Shown here piece by piece: positions 1-6,995 of a stretch of 13,420 nt of DNA. Every line of letters starts with the position of its first letter. Positions within the stretch are counted from its first letter, which is position 1. The notes under the pieces are model-generated. The model was not told the origin of the DNA, made no database searches, and saw only the letters and a list, made by a program, of their open reading frames with translations. The DNA is from Candidatus Aenigmatarchaeota archaeon (GTDB lineage Archaea; Aenigmatarchaeota; Aenigmatarchaeia; GW2011-AR5). Position numbers and translations under genes: made by a program. The stretch lies in assembly GCA_043799385.1 (NCBI GenBank), contig JAZDNV010000026.1, forward strand, positions 1 through 13,420, in the 5' to 3' direction.

Positions 1-540
1 ACAGCCAAGATTGACTATCGTTTCCAGTTCGCAATCGACATTCCTTCTCAACTTCTCTAGTGCAGCAAGCATGCGGTTGAAATTCGGCGGCAGCGTTATG
101 CGTTCGACGCCTATATCTTCAAAATATTTCGCTGTGTTTGCCGAATTGACTCTTCCGAAGAGCCCGAGTTTTATCCTCCAATGCGGGTATTCTTTTCTCA
201 CTAGCTCCACTAAATATGGATTCGATACGGTTATTATGTCAGCGTTCAGGTTATTTACCCACTCAAGATACTCGAACATCCCTTTCCTAAAATCTTTGTC
301 GAACTCCTTTCCGCCAAAACAAGGCGCGTTCACAAGATAGTTAAACTTAATTCCACATGAGTGGACGAAATCTACATGTTCCTTTGCCTTCTCTTCATTA
401 ACACTTGGTAGTGTAGATGTCGGTCTACCACCGCCCACGATGCTAGTACTTGTACAACCGTAGACTTCGCGGACGTTTTGAAATGTTTTTAGTTGCTCGA
501 TTAAATCGTCATCCCAAGAAGTTGGAACAGAGAATTTCAT
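1..540 (-). CDS. U32 peptidase-family protein (Fe-S hydroxylase-like), 5' part only, runs off the window start
   Basis: Manual translation from the ATG at 540 is open to position 1 (180 codons): MKFSVPTSWDDDLIEQLKTFQNVREVYGCTSTSIVGGGRP...HVDFVHSCGIKFNYLVNAPCFGGKEF...IITVSNPYLVELVRKEYPHWRIKLGLFGRVNSANTAKYFEDIGVERITLPPNFNR...CELETIVNLGC. GGGR, H.xG.KFNYLxN.xC, GVxRIxL...NR and NxGC are typical of U32. It is missing from the ORF track because it has no stop in the window. It starts 4 bp after the upstream stop codon. Confidence 0.85.
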   Translation of the reverse strand, partial: MKFSVPTSWDDDLIEQLKTFQNVREVYGCTSTSIVGGGRPTSTLPSVNEEKAKEHVDFVHSCGIKFNYLVNAPCFGGKEFDKDFRKGMFEYLEWVNNLNADIITVSNPYLVELVRKEYPHWRIKLGLFGRVNSANTAKYFEDIGVERITLPPNFNRMLAALEKLRRNVDCELETIVNLGC

Positions 541-544
541 TCTT

Positions 545-1504
545 TCACGCAATCTCTAGTATAACGTCTTCCAGTTGCGGAACATTTTCGGATATATTAT
601 AATTTTTACAGAGACCGAACTCATATTTCATGACATCTTTCCTGTTTTCATTCCATGGAACATAAATCCTGAACTCGCTTGATTTGTACGCGTTCATTTT
701 GTCTGTTATGTTCAATCCGTATTCTTCGTAATAAGCCCCGACGACTTTATCGGAATTGTTATAAGTTATTGCAAGTGCTTTGTCGAGCGAGCCTGCAACC
801 GCTTTTATTGTATTTTCATCAATGCCTTTCTTCGCAGCTATGACAGAAGGCATGAGGTACGTTCCGTACAGTTTTATGCATTCCTCATCCATATCAACAA
901 TCTTCTTTAACTTCAACCTCTCCACGTCCGGAACGTTTTCGACTGAGAGCATGCCTGCGTCTACATCACCCTTCTGAATCAACTGGGGTATGACCGGCAG
1001 CGGTTTTGCTATCAGAGTGACATCATTCAAGCTCATGTTGTTTTTTACAAACAAGTCTTGCAAGAATAAGGTTGAGAGCCATGTCAGCCCACCGATTGCC
1101 ACAGTCTTGCCTTTCAGGTCCTTTATCGATGTTATGTTTGAATCCTCCCTTGCAAATATGATGCTGTATGTCCTTCCATGCGGATATAGAATCCTCCAAT
1201 CATTATTTTTGTTCCAGGCTATCGTGAATACAGGAAGCGTGACCATGCCCATGTCTGCTTCGCCGTTGATGAACATGTCGTTCCATCGTTCTGACGGCAC
1301 AAGGTTTATTTCAACGTTTTTTGGTAATTCAACAAGACCATTATCTACACTCCACTTGAATCCATAACTCCATGCGTTGTTCATGAAAACAAGCTTAACC
1401 TTTTCTTCTTTTTTGCTGCTTGTAGAATTCAACGCATAGATGGAAAAAATCGCAATTATTGCAATAATCAGAACTGCTATTATGATATATTTTTTAGACA
1501 TCAT
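545..1504 (-). CDS. ABC-type substrate-binding protein, SsuA/TauA/NMT1-THI5-like (PBP2 fold), with N-terminal membrane anchor
   Basis: The N-terminus is basic then hydrophobic (MMSKKYIIIAVLIIAIIAIFSIYA). It carries the motifs NGEADMG, SNITSIKDLKGKTVAI and IQKGDVDAG. The start is set at ATG 1504 (ORF track: TTG 1507; 1501 also possible). Confidence 0.85.
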   Translation of the reverse strand: MMSKKYIIIAVLIIAIIAIFSIYALNSTSSKKEEKVKLVFMNNAWSYGFKWSVDNGLVELPKNVEINLVPSERWNDMFINGEADMGMVTLPVFTIAWNKNNDWRILYPHGRTYSIIFAREDSNITSIKDLKGKTVAIGGLTWLSTLFLQDLFVKNNMSLNDVTLIAKPLPVIPQLIQKGDVDAGMLSVENVPDVERLKLKKIVDMDEECIKLYGTYLMPSVIAAKKGIDENTIKAVAGSLDKALAITYNNSDKVVGAYYEEYGLNITDKMNAYKSSEFRIYVPWNENRKDVMKYEFGLCKNYNISENVPQLEDVILEIA

Positions 1505-1526
1505 CAACAGAAATTACGTTTTTGCG

Positions 1527-1535
1527 TATTTAAAA
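1527..1535 (-). promoter_or_regulatory. Putative archaeal TATA box for the substrate-binding protein/U32 pair
   Basis: TTTTAAATA on the minus strand, 22 bp upstream of ATG 1504. Confidence 0.5.
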
Positions 1536-1550
1536 CCATTCCTATCGTTT

Positions 1551-2861
1551 CTATAAATCCAAGCCAAACAGATGCAGCGTGTAAAATGGCATTGGCTTTG
1601 CGAATAAGTTCAGCGGCGGCGGGTCATGGAACGTTGGCTCAAGCAAATCAGTGTCTTTATTTATTCCATTATTCTTTAATGCAATCTCTGCTATCTTTGT
1701 ACGCGGAAAGATGTGTATCCTGCTGAATTTTACGTAACCACTTAACCCAAGTTTGCGTATTTTATCCACTAATGCAAACGTTTCACCTAACGTGCCCATC
1801 GTTTCTCCAGGCACGTTTAGCAGCATGTTGAACAACGTATTAACCCCTTTGAAATCCTTCATCACGTTGGCGGCTTTCAGGATATCCTTAGTCGTCAACT
1901 CTTTCTGCAGTGTTTTCAGCATCTTGTCCGATCCGCTGTCCGGCGAGAACGTGAACTCGTTGCAGCCAGCTCTTACGGTCTTTTCAACAAGCCTTTTGCT
2001 TATTATGTCTTCCCTGAAATGGGTCGACCAATTCATACCAACCTTACTCTTTATCAGCGAATCGCATATATTTTCAATATGCGATTTCGGATGAAATATA
2101 CAGTCAGCCAAAAAAACATTGCTTATTCCAAAATTATTCCTTAAAATTTCAAATTCACCGACAACTGATTCTGGCGACCGCAGCCTTATGCATGAGCCCT
2201 GGATTATCGAGTACATGCAATAAATACATTTGAAGTTGCATCCGCGCCGCGTTTCCACTCCAATGCCGTCATAAACGCTGAAGTCTTTCGGCAATCCCTG
2301 CAATTCGAAATCCGGAATGAAGTCTATATTCTTCATCGGCTCGCGCTTCTCGGTGAAGACTACTCTGCCATTCTTCCTATAACAAATACCTTTGACTCTT
2401 TCAGGATTGCTCAGGTTTTTCAGCAGGTCAAGGAACGTCTCCCCGCCTTCGCCGACGATGCCGACGTCGATATCGAACCGTTCCATGAGCTCATTGGCAA
2501 ATGCGGTAAAGCTGGCTCCGCCGACTATCACCTTTGAGCCAGATTCTTTCACGATTTTTATTGTTTCATCGAATACTTCCAGCTGTGCGTCTGCTGGAAC
2601 GCCTCGTATGTAAAGGTTTCTCAATGAAATGCCAACGACATCGTAATCTTTTTTTTCCAGTCGTTTCCTCAACTCAGAAAAAGGGTTGCTGACGAGATTC
2701 ATGTCGAATATCTCTGCAGAGTGGCCGTGCTTTTCCAGGTATGTCCCAATCTTCGCCAGCCCGATTGGAAAAAATCTCTGGTTGGGATTGACGTCCCAGT
2801 ATTTGTTCGAGCGTACTTTCTCAGGTTTCTGGCTCAGCAAATTTATCAGTAAAACGTGCAT
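1551..2861 (-). CDS. Cobalamin-binding radical SAM protein (VGISLRN-type, resembling TsrM-like or lipid-associated B12 rSAM families)
   Basis: The N-terminal B12-binding domain shows FPIGLAKIG, DVVGISLRN, VIVGGASF and GIVGEGG. The rSAM motif is ETRRGCNFKCIYC (CxxxCxxC), followed by RSPESVVGE and NVPGET. The likely start is ATG 2861 (MHVLLIN) rather than TTG 2879. Confidence 0.88.
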   Translation of the reverse strand: MHVLLINLLSQKPEKVRSNKYWDVNPNQRFFPIGLAKIGTYLEKHGHSAEIFDMNLVSNPFSELRKRLEKKDYDVVGISLRNLYIRGVPADAQLEVFDETIKIVKESGSKVIVGGASFTAFANELMERFDIDVGIVGEGGETFLDLLKNLSNPERVKGICYRKNGRVVFTEKREPMKNIDFIPDFELQGLPKDFSVYDGIGVETRRGCNFKCIYCMYSIIQGSCIRLRSPESVVGEFEILRNNFGISNVFLADCIFHPKSHIENICDSLIKSKVGMNWSTHFREDIISKRLVEKTVRAGCNEFTFSPDSGSDKMLKTLQKELTTKDILKAANVMKDFKGVNTLFNMLLNVPGETMGTLGETFALVDKIRKLGLSGYVKFSRIHIFPRTKIAEIALKNNGINKDTDLLEPTFHDPPPLNLFAKPMPFYTLHLFGLDL

Positions 2862-2883
2862 GAAATCAACTATCGGCAAATAA

Positions 2884-2892
2884 TTTTATAAA
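2884..2892 (-). promoter_or_regulatory. Putative archaeal TATA box
   Basis: TTTATAAAA on the minus strand, 22 bp upstream of ATG 2861. Confidence 0.5.
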
Positions 2893-2898
2893 TGAAGT

Positions 2899-4464
2899 TT
2901 ATTTATCGTACCAGCTAGGTTTTCTTTTTGCCACACCCTCCTCGTTGAAAAGACCTGGCGCAACCGCTCTCGAAATAAACGGGTCGAAAAACAATCTCAT
3001 CATCAGGGCAAGCGGACTCCTACTCCTGATAAAGTATTTGAATCCCAGCAACTTTACGTTATCAATATCCATGAAAGGCATTTTTTTCATATACCTCAGG
3101 AATTGATAAAAATAAAATTTGATTGTGACGTAGTTCCTTAACTCAATCATCTCCTTTTTTGTGAGGTATTTTGTGCGTATTATCGGCTCTGATGTAAAGT
3201 CGTACTTCCTGAAGTCGTAATTCTCTATCAATCCATCTTTTTTTGCTTTTTTCCACAAATCTGAACCAGGCAATGGCGTGTAAAACTGGAATGGTGATAT
3301 ATCCATCTTTAATTCAAGCGCATATCTTAGTTGTCTTAGCATTGACTCCCGCGTTTCATCTGCTATGCCAACTATGAAGGTCCCCTGTTTCATAACTTCA
3401 GGATACCTCTCGTTCATTATCCGAGCACACTCTTTTACTATGTCAACGTTCTTGTGTTTTGCATTCATGTCCTCAAGCTCTTCAGTTGTTGCCCTTTCTA
3501 CGCCTATCAGTACCTGACGCAAGCCCGATTCAACCATCTTCTTGAAAATGCCAAGTTTCTCGTCCCTTACTATATCCTCAGCGCGCATGCCGTTTGAGAA
3601 CCATACTATATCTAAATTTTTCTCTATCAATTTTTCCGAGAATTCCCTGCTCCATTCCGGGTTAACGTTCCACGCGTCGTCTGTAAAGAAGAAAACCCTG
3701 ACCTTATATTTATGATACAGGTTCTCTATTTCCCTTATAGTTCTGTCAACACTCTTCGTTCTCCATCTTGAATATCGGCAAAGGCGACCCTTGGTAATTC
3801 TTTCCTCTGCCATCTGTGGCCAGCATATGCAGAATTTGCAGTGGCCAATACAACCGCGGGAGTGGTGCAAAGTGACCATCGGATTTAACACAAAGCTATT
3901 TTCAGTATACCTATGCATCGGCATAAGTTCGTATGCAGGAAACGGAAGATCATCAAGATTTTCAATAAGAGGTCGTGGCTTTGTTCTAATTATCTTTTCG
4001 TTTTTGCCCTTGTATGCAATGCCTTTTATCTTCCTAAATTTTTTCCGCGGTTTCTGTAGCTCTTTAACTAATTCCAGCAATGTGTATTCGCCTTCACCCC
4101 TGACGATGAAGTCTATCGGATATTTGCTCAAGCTGTCTTCAAACATGCTGGAGTGGTGGATGCCGCCGGCAACTGTCACGGTCTTTGGGTTTATTTCCTT
4201 TGCCATTTTGAAGAGCTTGCCGTCTTCATGCGAGTAGCAGGTTTCAGAGCCAGCACCAATCACGTCTGGCTTTTTCTTTTCGATTATTTTCCTTAAACTT
4301 TTCCATCCTATCTTCTCTATACAACAATCGATAACTTCTACTTTGATATTATTTTCTTTCAGAATACTCGCTAAGCATAGAAGGTTCTGCGGCATCATGA
4401 AGTTCTCGAATTCCTCAAACATCGTCCATATGAATTTTGGTGGTCTGACAAGCAAGACTTTCAT
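2899..4464 (-). CDS. Cobalamin-binding radical SAM protein (class B / BchE-like architecture)
   Basis: 521 aa. It begins MKVLLVRPP and the B12 domain shows KPDVIG, VAGGIH, IVRGEGEYT and LDDLPFPAY. The rSAM motif is SRGCIGHCKFC (3829-3852), followed by FTDD, IGVE, FIVG and YTPLPGS. Confidence 0.9.
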   Translation of the reverse strand: MKVLLVRPPKFIWTMFEEFENFMMPQNLLCLASILKENNIKVEVIDCCIEKIGWKSLRKIIEKKKPDVIGAGSETCYSHEDGKLFKMAKEINPKTVTVAGGIHHSSMFEDSLSKYPIDFIVRGEGEYTLLELVKELQKPRKKFRKIKGIAYKGKNEKIIRTKPRPLIENLDDLPFPAYELMPMHRYTENSFVLNPMVTLHHSRGCIGHCKFCICWPQMAEERITKGRLCRYSRWRTKSVDRTIREIENLYHKYKVRVFFFTDDAWNVNPEWSREFSEKLIEKNLDIVWFSNGMRAEDIVRDEKLGIFKKMVESGLRQVLIGVERATTEELEDMNAKHKNVDIVKECARIMNERYPEVMKQGTFIVGIADETRESMLRQLRYALELKMDISPFQFYTPLPGSDLWKKAKKDGLIENYDFRKYDFTSEPIIRTKYLTKKEMIELRNYVTIKFYFYQFLRYMKKMPFMDIDNVKLLGFKYFIRSRSPLALMMRLFFDPFISRAVAPGLFNEEGVAKRKPSWYDK

Positions 4465-4490
4465 AATTATTCCTATAACTGTGATATAAG

Positions 4491-4497
4491 ATTTAAA
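4491..4497 (-). promoter_or_regulatory. Putative archaeal TATA box
   Basis: TTTAAAT on the minus strand, directly after the chorismate mutase stop and 26 bp upstream of ATG 4464. Confidence 0.4.
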
Positions 4498-4794
4498 TCA
4501 TTCAGTTTCAGAATAGCAGGTTTTATCTTTTCTATTGATTACGTTTTTCTGCGTTTTTATAGAATACTTTATTATCTCTTTCATCAATCTCTTTCCAAAG
4601 GCAGGGTCTATACCTTTTTTACCGCAGTTATCGGCGAATTTTTTCAGGACTACTTCCTCTCTTTTCAGGTGCCTTAATTTAATTCCGCGGGATTTCTTGT
4701 ATTTCGCCATCTCCTCGACAATTTTCATTCTCCTGCCGAGCACTTCTGCCAGCTCATAATCAATTGAATCTATCTTCTTCCTCAGTTTCTCCAT
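4498..4794 (-). CDS. Monofunctional chorismate mutase, AroQ class (type II)
   Basis: MEKLRKKIDSIDYELAEVLGRRMKIVEEMAKYKKSRGIKLRHLKREEVVL...IIKYSIKTQ. Equivalents of E. coli chorismate mutase residues R11, R28, K39, R51, E52, S84 and Q88 are recognisable. The start is set at ATG 4794 (98 aa), because the ORF-track start at 4839 overlaps the divergent gene. Confidence 0.88.
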   Translation of the reverse strand: MEKLRKKIDSIDYELAEVLGRRMKIVEEMAKYKKSRGIKLRHLKREEVVLKKFADNCGKKGIDPAFGKRLMKEIIKYSIKTQKNVINRKDKTCYSETE

Positions 4795-4801
4795 ATTCCA
4801 C

Positions 4802-4832
4802 TTATATATTTCTTCCTGCATATTTTTAATAA
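4802..4832. promoter_or_regulatory. Pair of interleaved divergent TATA-like boxes
   Basis: On the plus strand, TTATATAT at 4802-4809 lies 24 bp before ATG 4834. On the minus strand, TTATTAAAAATA at 4832-4821 lies 26 bp before ATG 4794. Confidence 0.45.
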
Positions 4833-4833
4833 G

Positions 4834-6300
4834 ATGCAAATGAAAATAGAACGCTACGAAAAATTTATAATTTTATCCATACTCTTGTGCATGCTTTTGC
4901 TCAGGGCATACAAAATAACCGTTGCTCCGGGCTTAGAAGCTCCGCAGAGCCTTGACGAGAATTACATAGGGATGTATGCAGCAAAAGTCATGAACGGCGA
5001 GATGATAACATCGCTTTTTTACTACATAGGACCCCATGGGATATATATCGCCACAATTTCATCCTATATATTTAATTTAAACATATTTTCCATTAGGTTT
5101 ATTTCCGTATTGATATCAATATCATCTTTCTTGATTCTTTACTATCTTGTAAGGGACAGGTACGGGTTCAAGACAGCTGTCATATTTTCGTTAATGCTCC
5201 AATTGCTTCCGTCATACATTATACAGATAAGACCGTTCTATACCCACATGATTAATTACCTCCTGTTTATACTGATATTCTACCTGTTGTTCAAATTTGA
5301 CGCTACAAAGAACAGGAACATAATTTATCTCATCGCATTCCTGATAGGTTCTTCCATAGCAATACACATACACGCAATTTACTTCATCGCAGCGCTGCTC
5401 GTCTCGTCAATAATCTTGAAAATTACAATACCAAAAAAATATATCATATATTCGCTGCCTTTCCTTTTGATAGGAATGATTCCTTTTATATATTATAACC
5501 TGACCCCGTGCGATACAGGAGAACTGTTCTGCACGTTCAAGTACGTACAATCCAATGTTTTTCTTACCGGAAAGGGCATATATAACATAGAAACAATGCA
5601 GAATTTTATAGGACTTTCGAAAGTATTTTTATTCAGTTCTTTTAACATATGGCCAAGTTTGGATTACCTTTCTCCACCGGAAATTTTTATATCGTGTTTG
5701 TCTCTATTCACATTTTTTATACTAATAGCGGCTTCAGTGATTTATGCGGCGATGAAAAAAAACAAGACTGATTTATTTTTGATATTCTTCTTAGGCATTT
5801 TTTTCATTGAGAATATATTCACTTTAGGCGGTATAGGGCCGTTCACATTATTGATTCTGCTACCCGTCTTATTTATTCTAATTTCAAACCTTATATCAAA
5901 ATTTAAAATTCATATAATTGCTTCGATAATAATTTTTGTAATTGTATTGAATTCATTAGCCTTTATGAAATATTTCGATAATTTCAAAGATAACGATGTG
6001 GCAAGCATTGAAAATGTGGCAGAATACGTCAAAGATGCTCAAAAGAAGAATGTCGTGGTCGACGATTGGATAGTATATTATGCGATGGTATTCCATGTCG
6101 GGAATGAAAAGAATGTCTACCGATGCTACAGTTATAATGAAACAGAAGACAGCGTGTTCGTCTTTTATAGCATACCAGCGTTTGCGCAGGAATGGTTCAC
6201 CATGAAGGGAACATACATAGCGTGCAGTGATGAATTTTATTCGTGGGTGAATCAATACCTGAGCCCAAAAACAATCGGAGAATACAATATTTTTAGCTGA
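4834..6300 (+). CDS. GT-C fold integral membrane glycosyltransferase (ArnT/PMT-like)
   Basis: 488 aa with many hydrophobic segments. The first TM helix ends in LLRAY, the external loop has an acidic DE motif (QSLDENY), then come IFSIRFIS...LYYLVRDRYG and a soluble C-terminal domain. An alternative start is at 4840. Confidence 0.8.
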   Translation: MQMKIERYEKFIILSILLCMLLLRAYKITVAPGLEAPQSLDENYIGMYAAKVMNGEMITSLFYYIGPHGIYIATISSYIFNLNIFSIRFISVLISISSFLILYYLVRDRYGFKTAVIFSLMLQLLPSYIIQIRPFYTHMINYLLFILIFYLLFKFDATKNRNIIYLIAFLIGSSIAIHIHAIYFIAALLVSSIILKITIPKKYIIYSLPFLLIGMIPFIYYNLTPCDTGELFCTFKYVQSNVFLTGKGIYNIETMQNFIGLSKVFLFSSFNIWPSLDYLSPPEIFISCLSLFTFFILIAASVIYAAMKKNKTDLFLIFFLGIFFIENIFTLGGIGPFTLLILLPVLFILISNLISKFKIHIIASIIIFVIVLNSLAFMKYFDNFKDNDVASIENVAEYVKDAQKKNVVVDDWIVYYAMVFHVGNEKNVYRCYSYNETEDSVFVFYSIPAFAQEWFTMKGTYIACSDEFYSWVNQYLSPKTIGEYNIFS

Positions 6301-6595
6301 CTTTCTTGAATAAAGAAAGCATGAACTCTTTATTTTTATACATGGCCAGTGCAAACAATACCAAATTCAAGAAAGTGGTTTCCAGAAATATGTTCATCTC
6401 ATTCACTGGTATTTTTAAAATTATCATGGAAGAGAACATCATAATAGGTATTATCACGATGCTAAGGCCGATGCTCACTCCTATCCTTTCCAGAATATTC
6501 AGTTCATCCTTCTTGAAAATACAATAGGTCATAAGAAGTCCTGGTATGAGGAAGAAGTAAACTATGCTGAAAGCAGCCTTCAAAACCTCTATCAT
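6293..6595 (-). CDS. Small membrane protein, DUF1616-like
   Basis: 100 aa with about three TM segments. It has the motifs FFLIPG and LNILERIGVSIGLSI seen in archaeal DUF1616-type proteins. It overlaps the glycosyltransferase 3' end convergently by 8 bp. Confidence 0.7.
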   Translation of the reverse strand: MIEVLKAAFSIVYFFLIPGLLMTYCIFKKDELNILERIGVSIGLSIVIIPIMMFSSMIILKIPVNEMNIFLETTFLNLVLFALAMYKNKEFMLSLFKKVS

Positions 6596-6667
6596 GATAA
6601 TAATTGCAGCTCAGATGTTAAATAACTTATAACCAGAATAACCTACAATTCCCAGCTGAAAAAAATC

Positions 6668-6675
6668 TTTAAATA
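6668..6675 (+). promoter_or_regulatory. Putative BRE/TATA promoter for the wHTH-adhesin unit
   Basis: TTTAAATA preceded by purine-rich GAAAAAAA, which implies a transcription start near 6698-6700. Confidence 0.5.
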
Positions 6676-6697
6676 TCACGTTTTTGCATAAGTTTAG

Positions 6698-6771
6698 TAA
6701 TGTTAGTCATTAATATAAATCATTAACGATTGACATTGATGTCAGTTAATAGACATTAATGACTAACATTA
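6698..6771. repeat. Perfect 17-bp inverted repeat with 40-bp spacer
   Basis: TAATGTTAGTCATTAAT (6698-6714) and its exact reverse complement ATTAATGACTAACATTA (6755-6771). Confidence 0.9.
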
Positions 6772-6776
6772 ATGTC
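6706..6776. promoter_or_regulatory. Array of 12-bp palindromic operator-like sites (consensus GACATTAATGTC)
   Basis: GTCATTAATATA at 6706, ATCATTAACGAT at 6719, GACATTGATGTC at 6732, GACATTAATGAC at 6752 and AACATTAATGTC at 6765. The spacing is mostly 13 bp and the array lies directly upstream of a wHTH gene. Confidence 0.6.
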
Positions 6777-6788
6777 GAGAAGAGAAAA

Positions 6789-6995
6789 ATGGAGTCAATT
6801 TTGACAGAGGAATTAATCCTCGACATCCTGCGTAGGGCTGAAACTAGCCTTACCATTCTAGAACTTGCTAAAAGGGCGAATCTGCATCGCGTGACTGCAT
6901 CTAAATATCTTGCTGTTCTTGAAGCCAAGGGCTTGATTAAACGACGTGATGTCGGCAAGGCTAAATTATATTCGTTGAGTGATAGGAATGGCTAA
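6789..6995 (+). CDS. Small winged helix-turn-helix DNA-binding protein
   Basis: MESILTEELILDILRRAETSLTILELAKRANLHRVTASKYLAVLEAKGLIKRRDVGKAKLYSL: an HTH followed by a beta-wing. The start is set at 6789 (68 aa), because the ORF-track start at 6759 lies inside the palindromic array. Confidence 0.85.
   Translation: MESILTEELILDILRRAETSLTILELAKRANLHRVTASKYLAVLEAKGLIKRRDVGKAKLYSLSDRNG

Noticed and set aside
11..340. 109-aa plus-strand ORF
   Set aside because: It is the antisense shadow of the U32 gene and has no recognisable motifs.
1..540. Calling the U32 protein a collagenase/protease, or ubiU/trhP
   Set aside because: The peptidase label is historical for this family, and the partial sequence does not allow an orthologue assignment.
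2899..4464. Calling the gene bchE
   Set aside because: It shares only the general B12-rSAM architecture and there are no bacteriochlorophyll genes nearby, so a specific symbol is not supportable.
780..4759. Plus-strand ORFs at 780, 990, 1753, 2392, 2686, 3791 and 4535
   Set aside because: All are antisense to well-supported minus-strand genes and have Ser/Phe-rich shadow composition.
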